A stretch of DNA of 64,000 nt from Podarcis pityusensis (lineage: Eukaryota). The position numbers and the translations under genes are program-made. The notes beneath the pieces were generated by a model. It searched no databases. It had not been told where the DNA came from and worked only from the letters and a program-made list of their open reading frames with translations. The stretch lies in NCBI GenBank assembly GCA_964106645.2, contig OZ078259.1, one strand, 5' to 3'. Shown piece after piece: positions 1-12,771 of this stretch (position 1 is the first letter of the stretch; each line of letters begins with the position of its first letter).

Positions 1-179
1 CCAACTCCTAGGGGCCGCAGGGGCTTTGGCCACCACAATAAAATATTTGAAGGAGCTGGGCATTTGAAGTTGATGGGCATTCCCATTCAAATGGTGTGTG
101 TGCACTGCATCATGTGACTGATTATGAGGGTGGTGCTTACCTGGGCCTCCACAATATGTTATTCAAGTTGGCACCCCTG
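1..179. mobile_element. hAT-type MITE cut by the window edge
   Basis: Ends ...agttggcacccctg and resembles the TSD-flanked copy at 12772-12938. Confidence 0.6.
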
Positions 180-1050
180 CTGGACTAGATGATCTTCAAA
201 CTATTTTTTTTTTTAATCCATGGGGAAAACCAAACCAGGGAGTGCTGCAGCACATAGCCCAGGGCTCAACTTTGTTAACTTCATGACCAGTGGTGCAGTT
301 GAACCCAAGTCTCTCCAGGCAAAAGACTTCCCCACTCTCAGCTACACCAAGCTGGAGGTAACATACTGGGAACAGTTTTGTCCAAGACAAAGAGAGCCCT
401 AAATACACACAATTCCACCTGTTACTCCCTCTCAGCTAGGACTTTGCTGACAATGCTCAAAAATAGAAAGAACTTTGCCGCCTGGCTGAACGTGCTTTTC
501 CATGACACTAAGCGTTCTGGCTCCCTTCTTCCCTATCGCTACATCTTGTGGTTTTGTGACTCTGTGCTTAATAACCCCTGAATTACTCGCTACAGAAGCT
601 CCAGCTTTCCTGGCCTGAAATTCCCAAGAACACCCCGAGCACCGTCCCATTCAAAGGCTCTTTTGCTGATCCACTCCTCCCCAGTGATCGTAAGATCAGT
701 CTCCACACCCAAAATCAGGTTTTAACCTTGCGGTTCTGCAATTAGGCAAATGCTCTCACCACCGAAACAAAGGGAAGCTTCTTCTTCTGATGCCTTCTTT
801 TCTTTTCCTTTCTTTTCTGTAGGCGTTGCTTTCGTTCTTGAAAGCACCTCAGGATGTCAGGCCAGCCTCGGCCCTGCCCACAGTACCTAAATCACCACAC
901 TGTGGGGCCCTGTAGAAACCGGCAGGTTTGGGATAGCTTTGGCAGGGCGCATAAGTCCTCCCAGCCAAAAGGAAGTGGTAAACAAAAATTACAGTCAAAA
1001 TGATTTTAGAGATTTCTTTTAAAATGCTTTGACGCAGGACTCCTCCAGAG

Positions 1051-1375
1051 TAGGGATGGGCAACGCTGTCAGCTTTGGGTTCTCTCAGGTTCAGTCTTGG
1101 CACTCTCAAACTCAGCTCTCCCCATTTCCACATAAATTTGTGAATTAAGTCCTCATGAAAACGCACCAGCATTTTAGTGTGAATTTCTCCTGATATTTGC
1201 ATGCAAATCTGCCTAATATTTTTGCATGCTGTTTTCGCTCATGTATGCATTTTAAATACATGCTTTAGCCTTGCAAAAGTAGGTGTGAATTTTGAAGAAT
1301 ATTCAGCGTGTATTGTTTCAGAAAGTGCAAATTTACATAGGTTTGCCTTTAAATATAAACCGAATTGGACATCCC

Positions 1376-1377
<2 letters not shown>
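1051..1377 (+). mobile_element. Old non-autonomous DNA element with TAGGGATG...CATCCCTA ends (hAT-Ac-like)
   Basis: 8-bp perfect terminal inverted repeat (TIR). Related degraded copies at about 17040-17410, 17530-18047, 21280-21610, 48290-48680 and 62157-62330. Confidence 0.6.

Positions 1378-1413
<36 letters not shown>
1377..1413. repeat. (AAT)n microsatellite
   Basis: Direct reading. Confidence 0.95.
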
Positions 1414-1414
<1 letters not shown>

Positions 1415-1607
1415 GTTGGGAAAGATGGAGGGCACAAGGAGAAGGGGACGACAGAGGACGAGATGGTTGGACAGTGTTCTCGAAGCTACCAGCGTGAGTT
1501 TGACCAAACTGCGGGAGGCAGTGGAAGACAGGAGTGCCTGGCGTGCTCTGGTCCAGGGGGTCACGAAGAGTCGGACACAACTCAACGACTCAAGAAGAAG
1601 ATGAAGA
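1414..1607 (+). mobile_element. Bov-B (RTE) LINE 3' fragment
   Basis: Encodes LGKMEGTRRRGRQRTRWLD...WRALVQGVTKSRTQLND, the Bov-B ORF C-terminus. (GAA)n-like tail. Near-identical to 16594-16907. Confidence 0.92.
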
Positions 1608-3339
1608 ATCCCTGCTCCAGGTGACCTGTTTTTCGAGAAACCATCCTTATTTGCTTGCACAAAGCTTATGCGGAAGTTAGATTACATCCAGCCTTTATCA
1701 TGTTCATTCTGATTTCTTTATTGGGTGGCTATACAACAATGAACATTTATCCCATATTAATCCCTGCCAGGTCCAAGGGGCACCAGTGGCCAGCCTCCAC
1801 TGATTGGATGGACCTGAATGCTAGTGTTACAAGAGGTTACATGAGCAAATGGTACCTGCAGCCCTGAACACTGGAACCAGAGGGAATGACTGAAAAGTGA
1901 AAACTGCACATGTGTTTATTTACATACGACTCCTCTTGTGTATCTGGAATAATCGGCCCTTGCATATCCCAGTGCTTGGTGCTGTGAACCTGTGCTCCAT
2001 CCGCCCCTTTGGAAAAACAAGTGTGGGAGAGGTCAGGTGAAGGGAAGGTTAATATAACCAGAGCAGCAAATGGTTTGCCTCTTTCCTTTGGCTGCAGTGT
2101 TTGTACAAGAGAGCCAAGGGCTGAGAGAGAAGCCTGGAGAGGTCTGAATTGGAAAGAAAAGAATATTTGTGCTGGGTGCATGAGGGTAAATGGTTAAAAG
2201 AACACTTAATCCTTGTGAAAACCTTGCCCTGTGGAGCCTGCCAGCATCTATGACAGTGTGGATTGTGTGTCGGACCTCAACTCAGGTGATGAGTATCCAG
2301 TGGCAAAGCAAGTCATGGGGGTCGTGCCTTGTCTGTACCATCAACCTTTTCATACCCAGGACCCAGTTCTAACCCAAACATGCATCTAGGAACTCATTTC
2401 TTAACCTTTTATCAAATCTATTTGCATGGTGTGTAGTGCTTCTGTTGCAGCTCGCTTTGGTTCAGGCCATGATCCACTAGTGGGTTCTGATCCACCAGCT
2501 GAAGACCAGTGAAATAGACATTCCATTCGCTTCCAAAAGCCTCAGAACAGTCAGCATGCAAAGCCCAGGGGCAAATAGCACTGTTGTGCATGTAGCCCCA
2601 CCACCAGATAAGCTCTACATAAAAGTAATATCTGGAGGAAGTGCTAGGGGTGTACACAGGCTCCAAAATTCATCTTGTACCTGTTCTTGTTTCTGAGTTG
2701 ATCTGCTTTGATCTGCAATGTGGATTCTGAGCTGCTTTGTATCTAATGCAGTTTTGTGTTCCCCAGTCACTCTTATGGGAGCAGAAATAACTTTTACCCT
2801 TTGGGGCCAAAGTGGACACAATTTGCAGGCACAGGGAATCCTCCCAGAGTATGTTAGGTTTAGGTTTGCCTAAGAGCAAATCCAGGCATTTTTGTTAAAA
2901 GGGATTCACTTTCCTCCGTAGTCCATATTTGGGAAAAACTTTTATTCAGTCAACTAAAACTCTGAAATCCACATATGCTTTATAGTTTTTGGTTCCATGA
3001 GAGGAGTGGAGTTTGTCTCTTGATATTTGTTACCTTAAGAGGTGCCCAAGTAGCATGCATTCTTGCTTGCACTTGAAAATAAAATAAAAAATAAACAGGT
3101 TCATATTGGCCAGTTAGCTTTGATGATGCTTGTTTATGTTTGGAAGGAATGTTCTCCAATAAGTGTTGCAGGGTGTAGGCTGTCCTTAATGCTGTCTGTA
3201 AACTACTGAAGAGCCCTGGATATTCCCCCGCCCCAAGCAGAGCAGTTTCCCCCCCAATTATTTATGTTAAATGAAACCCCAAAGCTTTAAAAGCAACAAA
3301 AAGCCTCTCTTCCCTGCTTTACTTTAACCACAACACATT

Positions 3340-3381
3340 ACAAACAAACAAACAAACAAACAAACAAACAAACAAACAAAA
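3340..3381. repeat. (AAAC)n microsatellite
   Basis: Direct reading. Confidence 0.95.
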
Positions 3382-4064
3382 TGTTTTATTGCTGTAATTT
3401 TATGGAAGTGTGGCCTATAAGAAAATAACAAAATATCAGAGACACAAATAAAACAAAGGGAAATATATGTCATGTTATTTAAAACTGAAGGACCTAATAA
3501 GATGCTCCCACAACCATCAGTACAAGAAAAATGTATTTATAGTGCTGGGGAACCTTCAGAAATAGTTCGTTGTTTTGATTCCTCTGAAAACAGTGGCTTA
3601 GTAGGGAGAAGGCTTTCTGAAGACAAGATGTCAAGCAAAGAGTGGGAACAGATCCAGACCAATAAACAAAGCATCCAATATCTGACAAGTCTAGGGAATC
3701 CAAAGGTGTCAATGTCTTGGATGTTAACACTGAGATTTGGGCCCCCTATTGCATAAACCCAAAATAATTCCATAAGGAGTAAGATGTTTACATCAGTCTG
3801 CACATGTTTCTGGAGAAACCGTTAAGGAACAAGAGCTGAAGGAAATGAGAAACACATAGCTAGGTCAGAAATGCAGTTTTGCTACTAAGACAATATCTTT
3901 CTCCCTGGTCAGCAACTCTTGTATAGCTGGCAAAATCTGGCCTATGCGTAGCCAGCAGCCAAATATTGACTTAAACAATAAAGGTTCTAAAGCATAGTGG
4001 AAGGGGCTCTTTGCCATCCAACATGGTCTGATGCCGTCACGTATGCTGGAAGATGCCACCTTGT

Positions 4065-4650
4065 TTGTGGTGGTTGTGTAAGGTAGCAAAAGCATTCTGG
4101 GAAATTATTTATAATGGATTAAAAAAATGTTAAAAATAACTTTTGTTATAAAACCAGAAGCTTTTCTTTTAGGTATAACTGGGGAAGAGGTACCCAAAGA
4201 TCAAAAAAACCTATTTATGTATACCACCATGGCTGCCCGAATTGTATATGCCCAAAGATGGAAAGAAGCAGTTCCAATGAAAGACAATTGGCAATTAAAA
4301 CTGATGGAATACGCAGAGCTGGCGAAACTTACCAGAAGAATAAGAGATTAAGATGAGAGACTCTGTTTAATAGAATGGGGGGAAATTACTGAATACATGA
4401 AGACAAATTGTAAAATTAAAAACATTAACAGGATTGACATTAACATGAGCAGTAAAAAATAACTTAAAGGGAGTAAAAAGGTTAAATTTGCAAATAGGCT
4501 GGAGTTGGCTATGGAGCAAGTTTATGATATAAAATAAGGAACTAACTGCAGAGACGGGGGGAAGTCAAATAAAATGTTGTTCAAAAAAAATTTGATTTAA
4601 TTTTTGTTGTTGAAATGTTGTAAAATGGAACGATAAAATGTTTTTAAAAA
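4065..4650 (+). mobile_element. 5'-truncated L1-clade LINE (ORF2 C-terminus and 3' UTR)
   Basis: LWWLCKVAKAFWE...KPEAFLLG...YAELAKLT. 16-bp TSD GAAG(A/G)TGCCACCTTGT at 4049-4064 and 4651-4666. Confidence 0.88.
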
Positions 4651-4902
4651 GAAGGTGCCACCTTGTCACTGATGCTGAAGTAAAAGATTCAACTTCCAAT
4701 CCACTTGACTTCTATACATGATGTGGGGGGGGGGGCAGAGGGTTATGTGGGCCATTCTGTCCCTCACCTCAGAAAGAGAAAGCTCATCTTGTGATGTCCC
4801 TGAACATAACAAATAATGCATGGCATATAATGCAATAGTATGCATCATTTCTCTTTGGCACCTGAATGGAGTTCTTCTGCACACGATCATCTCTCCCTCA
4901 AA

Positions 4903-5302
4903 CCATAGAACAGTAGAGTTGGAAGAGACCCTGAGGGTCTTCTGGTCCAACCTCTTGCAATGTGGCAATCACAAGTAGATCATACATGACAGGTGACCAT
5001 CCAACCTCTGCTTTAAAAACCTCCAAGGAAGGAGAGTCCACCAGCTCTCATAGGAGTCCATTCAACCATCAAACAGCTCTTACTGCTAGTAGTTCTTTGT
5101 GATGTTCAGTCGAAATCTTTTTTCTTCTAACTTGAATCCTCTGGAGCAGGAGAACATAGTGTGTTCTATCCTCTAAATGGCAGCCCTTTAGATATTTGAA
5201 GATGGCTATCATATCTCCTCTCAGTCTCCTCTTTTCCAGGTTCAACTCCCTCAGCCGTTTCTCATAAGCCTTTTTTTCCACACCCTTGATCATCTTGGTC
5301 AC
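4903..5302 (-). mobile_element. CR1 LINE 3' fragment
   Basis: [39 protein letters not shown], the classic CR1 ORF2 end, plus a TTCTATG-type tail. Confidence 0.9.
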
Positions 5303-5698
5303 AACACTGATCACAGTAACAATAAAATTGGAATAAATTAGTGGCACAACCAGAGTAAAATTGTTATGATAGGTAACCAGTCTCACTGAGTTGTTGTTGT
5401 TAAAAAAACTACCAAGAATTGAAATCTGCCACGCAGCCATTTAGCTGGCACCTGCACCCTGGGCTTTTTACAAATTTAGCCCTGGATCTGTTTCTGACTC
5501 TGAAATATTGGCTTCCATTTTAACTCTAGCAGTGAGAGAATCTTTCAGGTTGTCCCACAACCTGCTTGCAGTGACCTCATGGTACCTTATGACACTCTGC
5601 CAATAAAAATAGGGGCATGTTTTGAGAACACTCTAAACCTCACACCAAGGAACACACAGACATTCACACATTATTGCCCATGACTCTATGCTTCACTC

Positions 5699-5812
5699 CA
5701 GGAATGGGAGATCTGTGGCCCTCCAGATGCTACTGAACTCTGACCCACATGGCCAAGGATCAAGCATGGGGTGATGGAAGTTGTGATCAGGCAACATCTA
5801 AGTGGGCACATA
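5699..5812. mobile_element. Abundant ~130-bp palindromic hAT-type MITE (representative copy)
   Basis: tgtggccctccagatg...ctcccatca...tgatgggag...catctggagggc motif recurs at about 13138-13278, 25427-25540, 26545-26675, 26950-27090, 30590-30725 and 57515-57570. Confidence 0.75.
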
Positions 5813-6239
5813 TCATTGGCTAGCAGGGCTCTGAAGAGTGTGTGGCAGAGGCAGGGGACAAGGGGAGTGATCCAGAAGAGGGAATGAGTGCTTTTTAAAA
5901 AGTACTGTAATTTCGGGTTTTAATGCATCTTTGATCAGATAAGTTCTTGTACACCCTCCTGAGGTGTTTTGGTTTTTTTAATGAATGGTTGCAGCTAAAT
6001 GTTTTAAATAAAGTACCGCAAATAACCACTGGTTCAAAACCATTACAACAGGTGCACAGAGTAGGGGAGATAGCTATCTCCTTAAGAAGAGAATTCCAGA
6101 GAACACCACGAAAAAAGCCCTGCCTCTGTTGCCCACCATTCTAAGAGATCACAATAAACTCTAATTAGGACCCTAATTGTGGACTCTAATTCTGTGCATG
6201 CTTGCCGTGTATTCTTTACTTGTATTTCTAAAGAAGATA

Positions 6240-6483
6240 TAGTGGTACCTCGGGTTACATACATTCAGGTTACATGCGCTTCAGGTTACACACTCCGCTA
6301 ACCCAGAAATAGTATCTCGGGTTAAGAACTTTGCTTCAAGATGAGAACAGAAATTGTGCTCCGGCGGCAAGGCAGCAGCAGTGGGAGGCCCCATTAGCTA
6401 AAGTGGTGCTTCAGGTTAAGAACAGTTTCAGGTTAAGAACAGACCTCCAGAACGAATTAAGTACTTAACCCGAGGTACCACTG
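6240..6483 (+). mobile_element. Tigger/mariner-type MITE
   Basis: TIR (C)AGTGGTACCTCGGGTTA / TAACCCGAGGTACCACTG with TA TSD. Sister copies at 20128-20353 and 61270-61511. Confidence 0.9.
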
Positions 6484-7589
6484 TACAAAGAAAATCCACC
6501 CAGCTCACGCACACTTTCTGTGCAACAAACCTGTACCAGTTTTATTTTTTTACCACTTTAATAGACATGGCTTTCCACTTGAACCCTGGGAATTTAGGCT
6601 TTGATGGTTGTTGTTGTTGTTGTTGTTGTTTGTTAGTCACTTTTCTTACCAAGTAACTCAAAGTGATTACATTGAAATCAATTTAAAACAACAATAGAAA
6701 ACTAAAAACACATCAATACAAGGGTAAAAACAGCTATGCCAAAAGATCAACATAAGGTCTGCTGCCTGAGGTAATTGCCTGGAGGGCAGGGCAGCCATGA
6801 TGGTATTTTTTGTGGGGGGGGGGATCCCAGATATGCATGGAAACCTAAGATCCCCCCCCCTCATGCACACGTACATGCATGCACACACACACACTTTGAT
6901 ACTGATGATCTTTCAAAGCCAGAGTGGCTGGGGAAACTCAGCCAGATGGGCGGAGTATAACTACTACTACTACTAGTAGTAGTAGTAATCAGCTACACAC
7001 AGTTTTGTGTGTTTCTTTCCAAATGGATAGCTTCCCAGTAATATGTTTGGGATCAGAAATCATAGCCAAGTCTGTTGAAAGGAAGGAGAAGGAAGGGCCA
7101 GGATAGAATGCTGTGATCTAGGGGGTTGAGAAACCTGGGGCTGGAGGGGGCCGGGGCTGGGGGGAAAGCCCCAGATAGGATCCAAGCAAACAACATCCTC
7201 CAAAGTCACATAAGAACTGGGTGTGAAAAGTGAAAGTTGCCTGGGGCAGCTTTGCCGAACGCTACCAGTGCAGTCGATCACCCATGGTTTCACTTGGCAG
7301 CATGACAGAAATGTGTTTCCCGCAGGGACGGATGGTGTGCTGAAAGCATCTGACTTGTTGCCACAAAGGATTTCTCGCTTTCTTTTGCTCTGCCTTTGAC
7401 AATCAAAGAGCCGACACAGATACATATCACAGGAGTGGACACCTCTTTATGTGGGACACTGTGATGTAAGCCTGTGGCAGTGAGGGATAACTCCACTCTG
7501 CCTTACAGAAACATCGCAAAGTTTTGAGTGATGGAAGTATACAGCTGGGAGGGACCTCGGTGGTCATCTTGTCCACCCCTCCTGTTCAA

Positions 7590-7775
7590 CTAAGCACAAG
7601 AGCCCCCTCACATCCTGTGGTTTCCAGCAACAGGCATTCAGAAGCATACAGCCTTTGACCATGGATGCAGACCATAGCCACCATGGCTAGTAGTCACTTA
7701 TAGCAGTATTCTCAATAAATTTGTCTAATCCTCTTTTAAACCCATCCAAATTGGTGGCCATCACTGTCTCCTGTG
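7590..7775 (-). mobile_element. CR1/L3-type LINE 3' end (representative of a very abundant family)
   Basis: Same 3' sequence recurs at about 11630-11840(+), 12510-12985(+), 13480-13790(-), 36735-37300(-), 38085-38268(+), 38300-38510(-), 39730-40045(-), 45080-45290(-) and 56435-56900(-). The 37077-37334 ORF shows QKRATKMIKG..RLQHLGLFTLEKR. Confidence 0.8.
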
Positions 7776-8809
7776 TCCCAATGATGGAGAGACCCTGTAT
7801 TCAGAGATAGGCCATCCCACAGTTCTTCACACTAGGCAATGCCTTGAAATGTTCAGCCCAAATATGCTTCCCTGCTCTTTTCACCCACTGATTCTCTCTG
7901 GAGCAAGAGCGAATCTGTTCTGGGTTTATGCCTTCACATCTGCAGGTGCTGTTGACTTGATCCAATCTGGGACAATCTAGGGTTGTCCTCAGCCAGCTCA
8001 GCCAAAGCCCAGATCCCACCCACCCAAATCAGCCTGATTCAGTTATGGCTGTGGCCAAATTTGGTGCACAGCTTTAAATGAAACTCCTGAATGTGGTATG
8101 CCCTCCCAGGAGAGACTTGGTTGGAACCCTCTCTTATGATCATCATACACAGCATTAAGACATTCCTTTCAGGCTTTTGGTCTGTGCTGAATTGTTGCTC
8201 CTGCTTATTTGAAGGTGGTGCCTCTTGTTTTTAATGACTCTGCTCTATGCTTTCAGATTTTTATGATGTTAAGTGGGTTAATTGACATTTTCAGTAGAAG
8301 CTATCTCAGGAGCCCTTGTTTGGGCTAAAAACAAAAAGCTAGGTGCAAGTGGTTTTATCACAAAAGAAATGATACACATGAAAAAGGGGTTCCAGGAACA
8401 TAGTCATGAGCTGTTCATGAGTCAACAATGTGAAGTGGTAGCAAAAAAAGGCTAGTGTGATTATTTTTTTTGACAGTTGGTGAGTTCTACTCAGAATAGG
8501 CCTATTAAAATTATTAGCACTGAGTTAGGTGCATGGATTTCAACAAGCCTGCTCTGAGCATTGCTAACACTCTTAGTGGGGTAGGAGAGCTGAAAAGAAC
8601 TTCACATCTGGCAACCAATACACCCCTTTGGTTTCAGATAGTACATGGGAAGACGAGTCTAAAAAGCACAGGACACAAATTTTCACGGCCCTCTAGCAGC
8701 TATGGTGGCATAGTTAACAGAAGTAATGTATTTAGTGTTGACTCTGGAAGTGTATACATGATTCTCCTAGGAAGCTTAGTTTGATCAGAATCAAGATTCT
8801 ATCCAGATT

Positions 8810-8941
8810 CCTATGTCCAGTTCTGGGTGCTGCAGCAAAGAAGGATGTGGACAACTTGCAACAGGTTCAGAGGAGGGACAATGAAGATCATCAATGGTAT
8901 GGAGAGCAAGTTGTATGAGGAAAGGATGACAGAAGTAGGTA
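8810..8941 (+). mobile_element. CR1 fragment, left part (interrupted by L1)
   Basis: VQFW...QVQRR.MKIINGMESKLYEER; resumes in register at 10363. Confidence 0.8.
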
Positions 8942-9060
8942 GGTAGGTAGGTAGGTAGGTAGGTAGCTAGCTAGCTAGGTAGCAAGCTAGGTAGGTAGAT
9001 GATAGCTAGATGATAAGTAGATGATACATAGATGATAGATAGATAGATAGATATAGATAT
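8935..9060. repeat. Compound (AGGT)n(AGCT)n(AGAT)n microsatellite
   Basis: Direct reading. Confidence 0.92.
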
Positions 9061-9089
9061 CTACCTACTTCTTTCATCTTTTCCTCCTT

Positions 9090-10362
9090 CATGCATATCT
9101 ATGGTATGACAAAGTTAAAGTTCATAGAGGTTTTTTGAACCATGCTATAAGGAAACCACTTTATGAGGTTTGGACAAGGTACAAAGATCTATTAGAGCTG
9201 AAAACACCATGGTGGATAGCACCAATGGAAGCAATATCAGTTAAAAGATTAAACATGAAGGTAACTGGCCTACATATAGGGAGTTGCTAACAGAAATGGA
9301 TAATGAGTTAAAAATGAAGCCATATGATGAAACAAGTGATAAGTTAACAGGTTGCTTGCAATATCATCAAATAAATGATATATTTAAAAAAGATAAGAGG
9401 AAGAATGACTTTGAGACATAGATCAAAGCTAGAAACCAATCTGTTGGAAGGTAAAACAAAAATCTTATCAAAAATGTATGATTTACTTTTGGAATGGTAT
9501 ACAAAAGATGAAGAGGTTAAGGAAGTAATGATAAAATGGGCAAAAGATATTGTGCACAATGTTCAATTTGAAAACTGGTCAAAATTATGGAATGTCAGAA
9601 TGAAATTCACGGCATGTATTGCATTGAAAGAAAATATAATGAAAATGATGTATAGATGGTATTTGACACCAGCTAAATTAGCGAAAATGTGTATAATGAG
9701 AAATAAGAATTGTTGGAAATGTAATGTTAAAGAAGGATATTTTTTATCATATGTGGTGGACCTGTGATAAAGTTAAAGTATTTTGGGAAAGTATTTACAA
9801 TGAATAAAAAAAAATGTTTAGGTACACCTTCCCAAATAAACCAGAAGCTGGGAATGATAGGAGTGGAAATATCAAAAATAGATAAAAAACTGTTTATGTA
9901 TGCCACAACGGCACCTTGAACCTTAATAGGTCAAAAATGGAAACAACAGGAGTTACCAATGGTTGAAGAATGGCAGTCGAAGATGATGGACTATGCAGAA
10001 CTGGCAAAGCTGACTGGGAAAATCCGAAACCAGAGTGATCAAGCATTCCAGAGAGAGTGGAATAAATTTATACAATACATTAAGAATCATTGTACACATA
10101 TAAAGACACTAGCAGGACTGAGATAAAACTCATAACGTTTAAAAGAAGAGAGATTCTATTTGTGATTAAGACTGGTTAACAAGTTAAGATATATATAGAA
10201 TTGAGATGTTATAAATGTGTGGATATAATAATGTGTTATACAAAAACCAGAAGACGGGTGGAGGGAAGTCGAGAGCTCGGCAAAGCAAAAGATTTTATAA
10301 AAAGTGTTATGATGTTATAAAATTGTTAAAAATGGAAAATCAATAAAAATACTTTTTTTAAA
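9090..10362 (+). mobile_element. 5'-truncated L1-clade LINE, degraded ORF2 C-terminal region
   Basis: HAYLWYDK...RWYLTPAKLAK...CWKC...(H)MWWTC zinc knuckle with frameshifts, AATAAA and an A-rich tail. Homologous to 4065-4650. Confidence 0.88.
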
Positions 10363-10752
10363 AAAGGATGAAGGAAGTAGGTATGTTTAGCCTGTAGAAG
10401 AGAATACTATTGGGGGTGGGGGTGGGGAGATAGCGCTTTTTGAATTCCCAAAGAGCTGTTACATAAAGAGGGCAAATACTTGTTCTCTGCTGCCCCCAGA
10501 GGGTAGATCTAATGGACCCAAGTTACAGGATGGTAGATTTCAGTTTAGCATTAGGAGAAATGCCATGCAGGTGGGAACAGTTAAAAAAATGGAACCAATG
10601 ACAGAGGGTAGTGGTGGCTTCTTTCTTACTGGAAACCTTCAAGTCAAAGCTAGAGTGTCTTCTGCTGGAGGATGCTTTAATTATACATTTCCTGCATCAA
10701 GCCATGGGGTTGGACTACCTTACAATGGCCAATACAACTCTCTTATTCTATG
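10363..10752 (+). mobile_element. CR1 fragment, right part
   Basis: gtatgtttagcctgtagaagaga... through ...caactctcttattctatga tail. Confidence 0.8.
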
Positions 10753-11448
10753 ACGCATATCCTACTCAATAAACACAAGTCTTTTTTCTTAAACAATAAT
10801 GCCTCAGTCCAACTCCAGTTGAACTCCTAAATCAACTAATGGGTTGTAGCTACTAAGTCCTAATCAGAGAAGACCCACCGAGATGAATAGACCCATGTTA
10901 GTTTCATGGGCATTCATGAAGGTGCAAAAGGAGTGTTAACTTAAGAAAAGCCCTCCTGGATCAAGTTAATAACCTGGAATTTCATGTTGATCAGGAACAT
11001 TGAACACTTGCCATCATTGATCTTCTTACAATACAACTGCTTCTTACAATTACAACCATTCTTGCTAATAAACCATTTCCCTTTTGTGTGTGTTGGGGGT
11101 GGGTGGGAGGGGTGTGACAGTGTAGGCAGCCTTGGCCACACAGAGACCAATTTATTTATGCATTCCTTTGGCACACTCAAGAAGTCACCCAGAACACAGA
11201 CTTATTCTTCCCGGTTAATTAGAACGTACAACAAGCTTACAAATGTGCCTAAGATTGAGAACGCAGGGCATAATCTAATGAAAATATTGTCACTGAATTA
11301 ATTTCCTATTTGGTGCCAGAGCTGTGGAATTAAAAAAAGTACACTGGAAATCTTCAGGGAGTTGCGGTCAACAGTGCACCATTGCATGTTTGGAGGAAGG
11401 CGAGATGGGATTTCAAAAGTCTGCACTTCTTTGGGAAAGGATCTTAAA

Positions 11449-11449
<1 letters not shown>

Positions 11450-11514
<65 letters not shown>
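11450..11514. repeat. (GT)n(GA)n compound microsatellite
   Basis: Direct reading. Confidence 0.95.
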
Positions 11515-11518
<4 letters not shown>

Positions 11519-12771
11519 GGGTCCTTTTAGGTCTAAGTTAATACAATCTCCAATCTCTCTCAGAATGTAAGGGCTATGGGTCAATGGCAGACCACCTGTT
11601 TTGCATGAGGAAGGTCCCAGGTTTAACTTCTTTGTGCAGTGCACAGTTAAACTTTGGAACTCACTTCCACAGGAGGCAGTTATGGCCACCAACTTGGATG
11701 GCTCTAAAAGATGATTGGACAAATTCGTAGGCTGCTAGCCACAATGACTACGCTCTGGCTCCACACTTGGAGTCATTAATACTTCTGAATACTCATTGCT
11801 GGAAATCATGGGAATATAGAGTGCTCATGTGCTCAGGTCCTAGAGCAGGGGTGGAGAATCTTCTTTCAGCCTAAGGGCTACATTCCCTGCCAGTCAACCC
11901 TTTGGGGTCCACATGCCAGTGATGGGTAGAGTGGGGCCAAGGAGCAAGGTGGACGAAGCAACGAGTGCAGATTTTAACTTCATACATTAGGCTGATTTCT
12001 ACACACACACCCCTCTCCACCAGAAAGTAGCAAGCTGACCCCATTTCTGTGAATTGAAAGAGTTCTTGGGAGCACATGAGAACTACCCCTTAATTCTCAC
12101 ACACCTGCCTCTGAGCTTTTTCACTTTGTAAGAAAGCCAATTAGCCTGGCAAGGTCTTTTTTTAAAAAAACAAAACAAAAAACAAAAACACAACCTAGAG
12201 ATTAAAAGGTTATAATTGGGTGAAAACTCTCATTAGCGTCATTAGGAGGAGGAGGGTGGGGTATTTGGGCCTCATCTCTGCTGGCTTCCCATCATCTGGT
12301 CTATCTGTGCCTGAGGATCCCCTAGCAATCCTGTAATTTCCTCATTTCTCAGTACTCAGTATCTCATGGTGTTCAAGCAGGAATTCTGGTTATGCTTTTA
12401 AACCTCAACCCTATAAAGCAGATCTCTGTGTGCGTGTATAGAAAAGGTAAGAACAAGAAAGCAGGCCATCGTCCTGATGAGTTTACAATCTAAAACCTGA
12501 CACAGGGAAAGCCTGTGGAACTCCCTTCCTCAAGAAATCGTGATGATGACCACTAACGTGGATGGTTTTTTAAGAGGATTAGACAATTTCATGGACAATA
12601 AGGCTAATAATGGCTACTAGCCACAATGGCTAGGTTCTACCTCCATTGTTGGAGAATGTATTTATTTGAATACCAGCTGCTGGGAGTCACAAGTAGAGAG
12701 GAAGGGCTATTGGTGCTCAGGTCTTGCTTGCAGGCTTCCCATTGGGGCATCTGGTTGGCCATTGTGAGAAC

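Noticed and set aside
9375-9767. 130-aa ORF as a host gene
   Set aside because: Frameshifted L1 ORF2 remnant bounded by a TSD.
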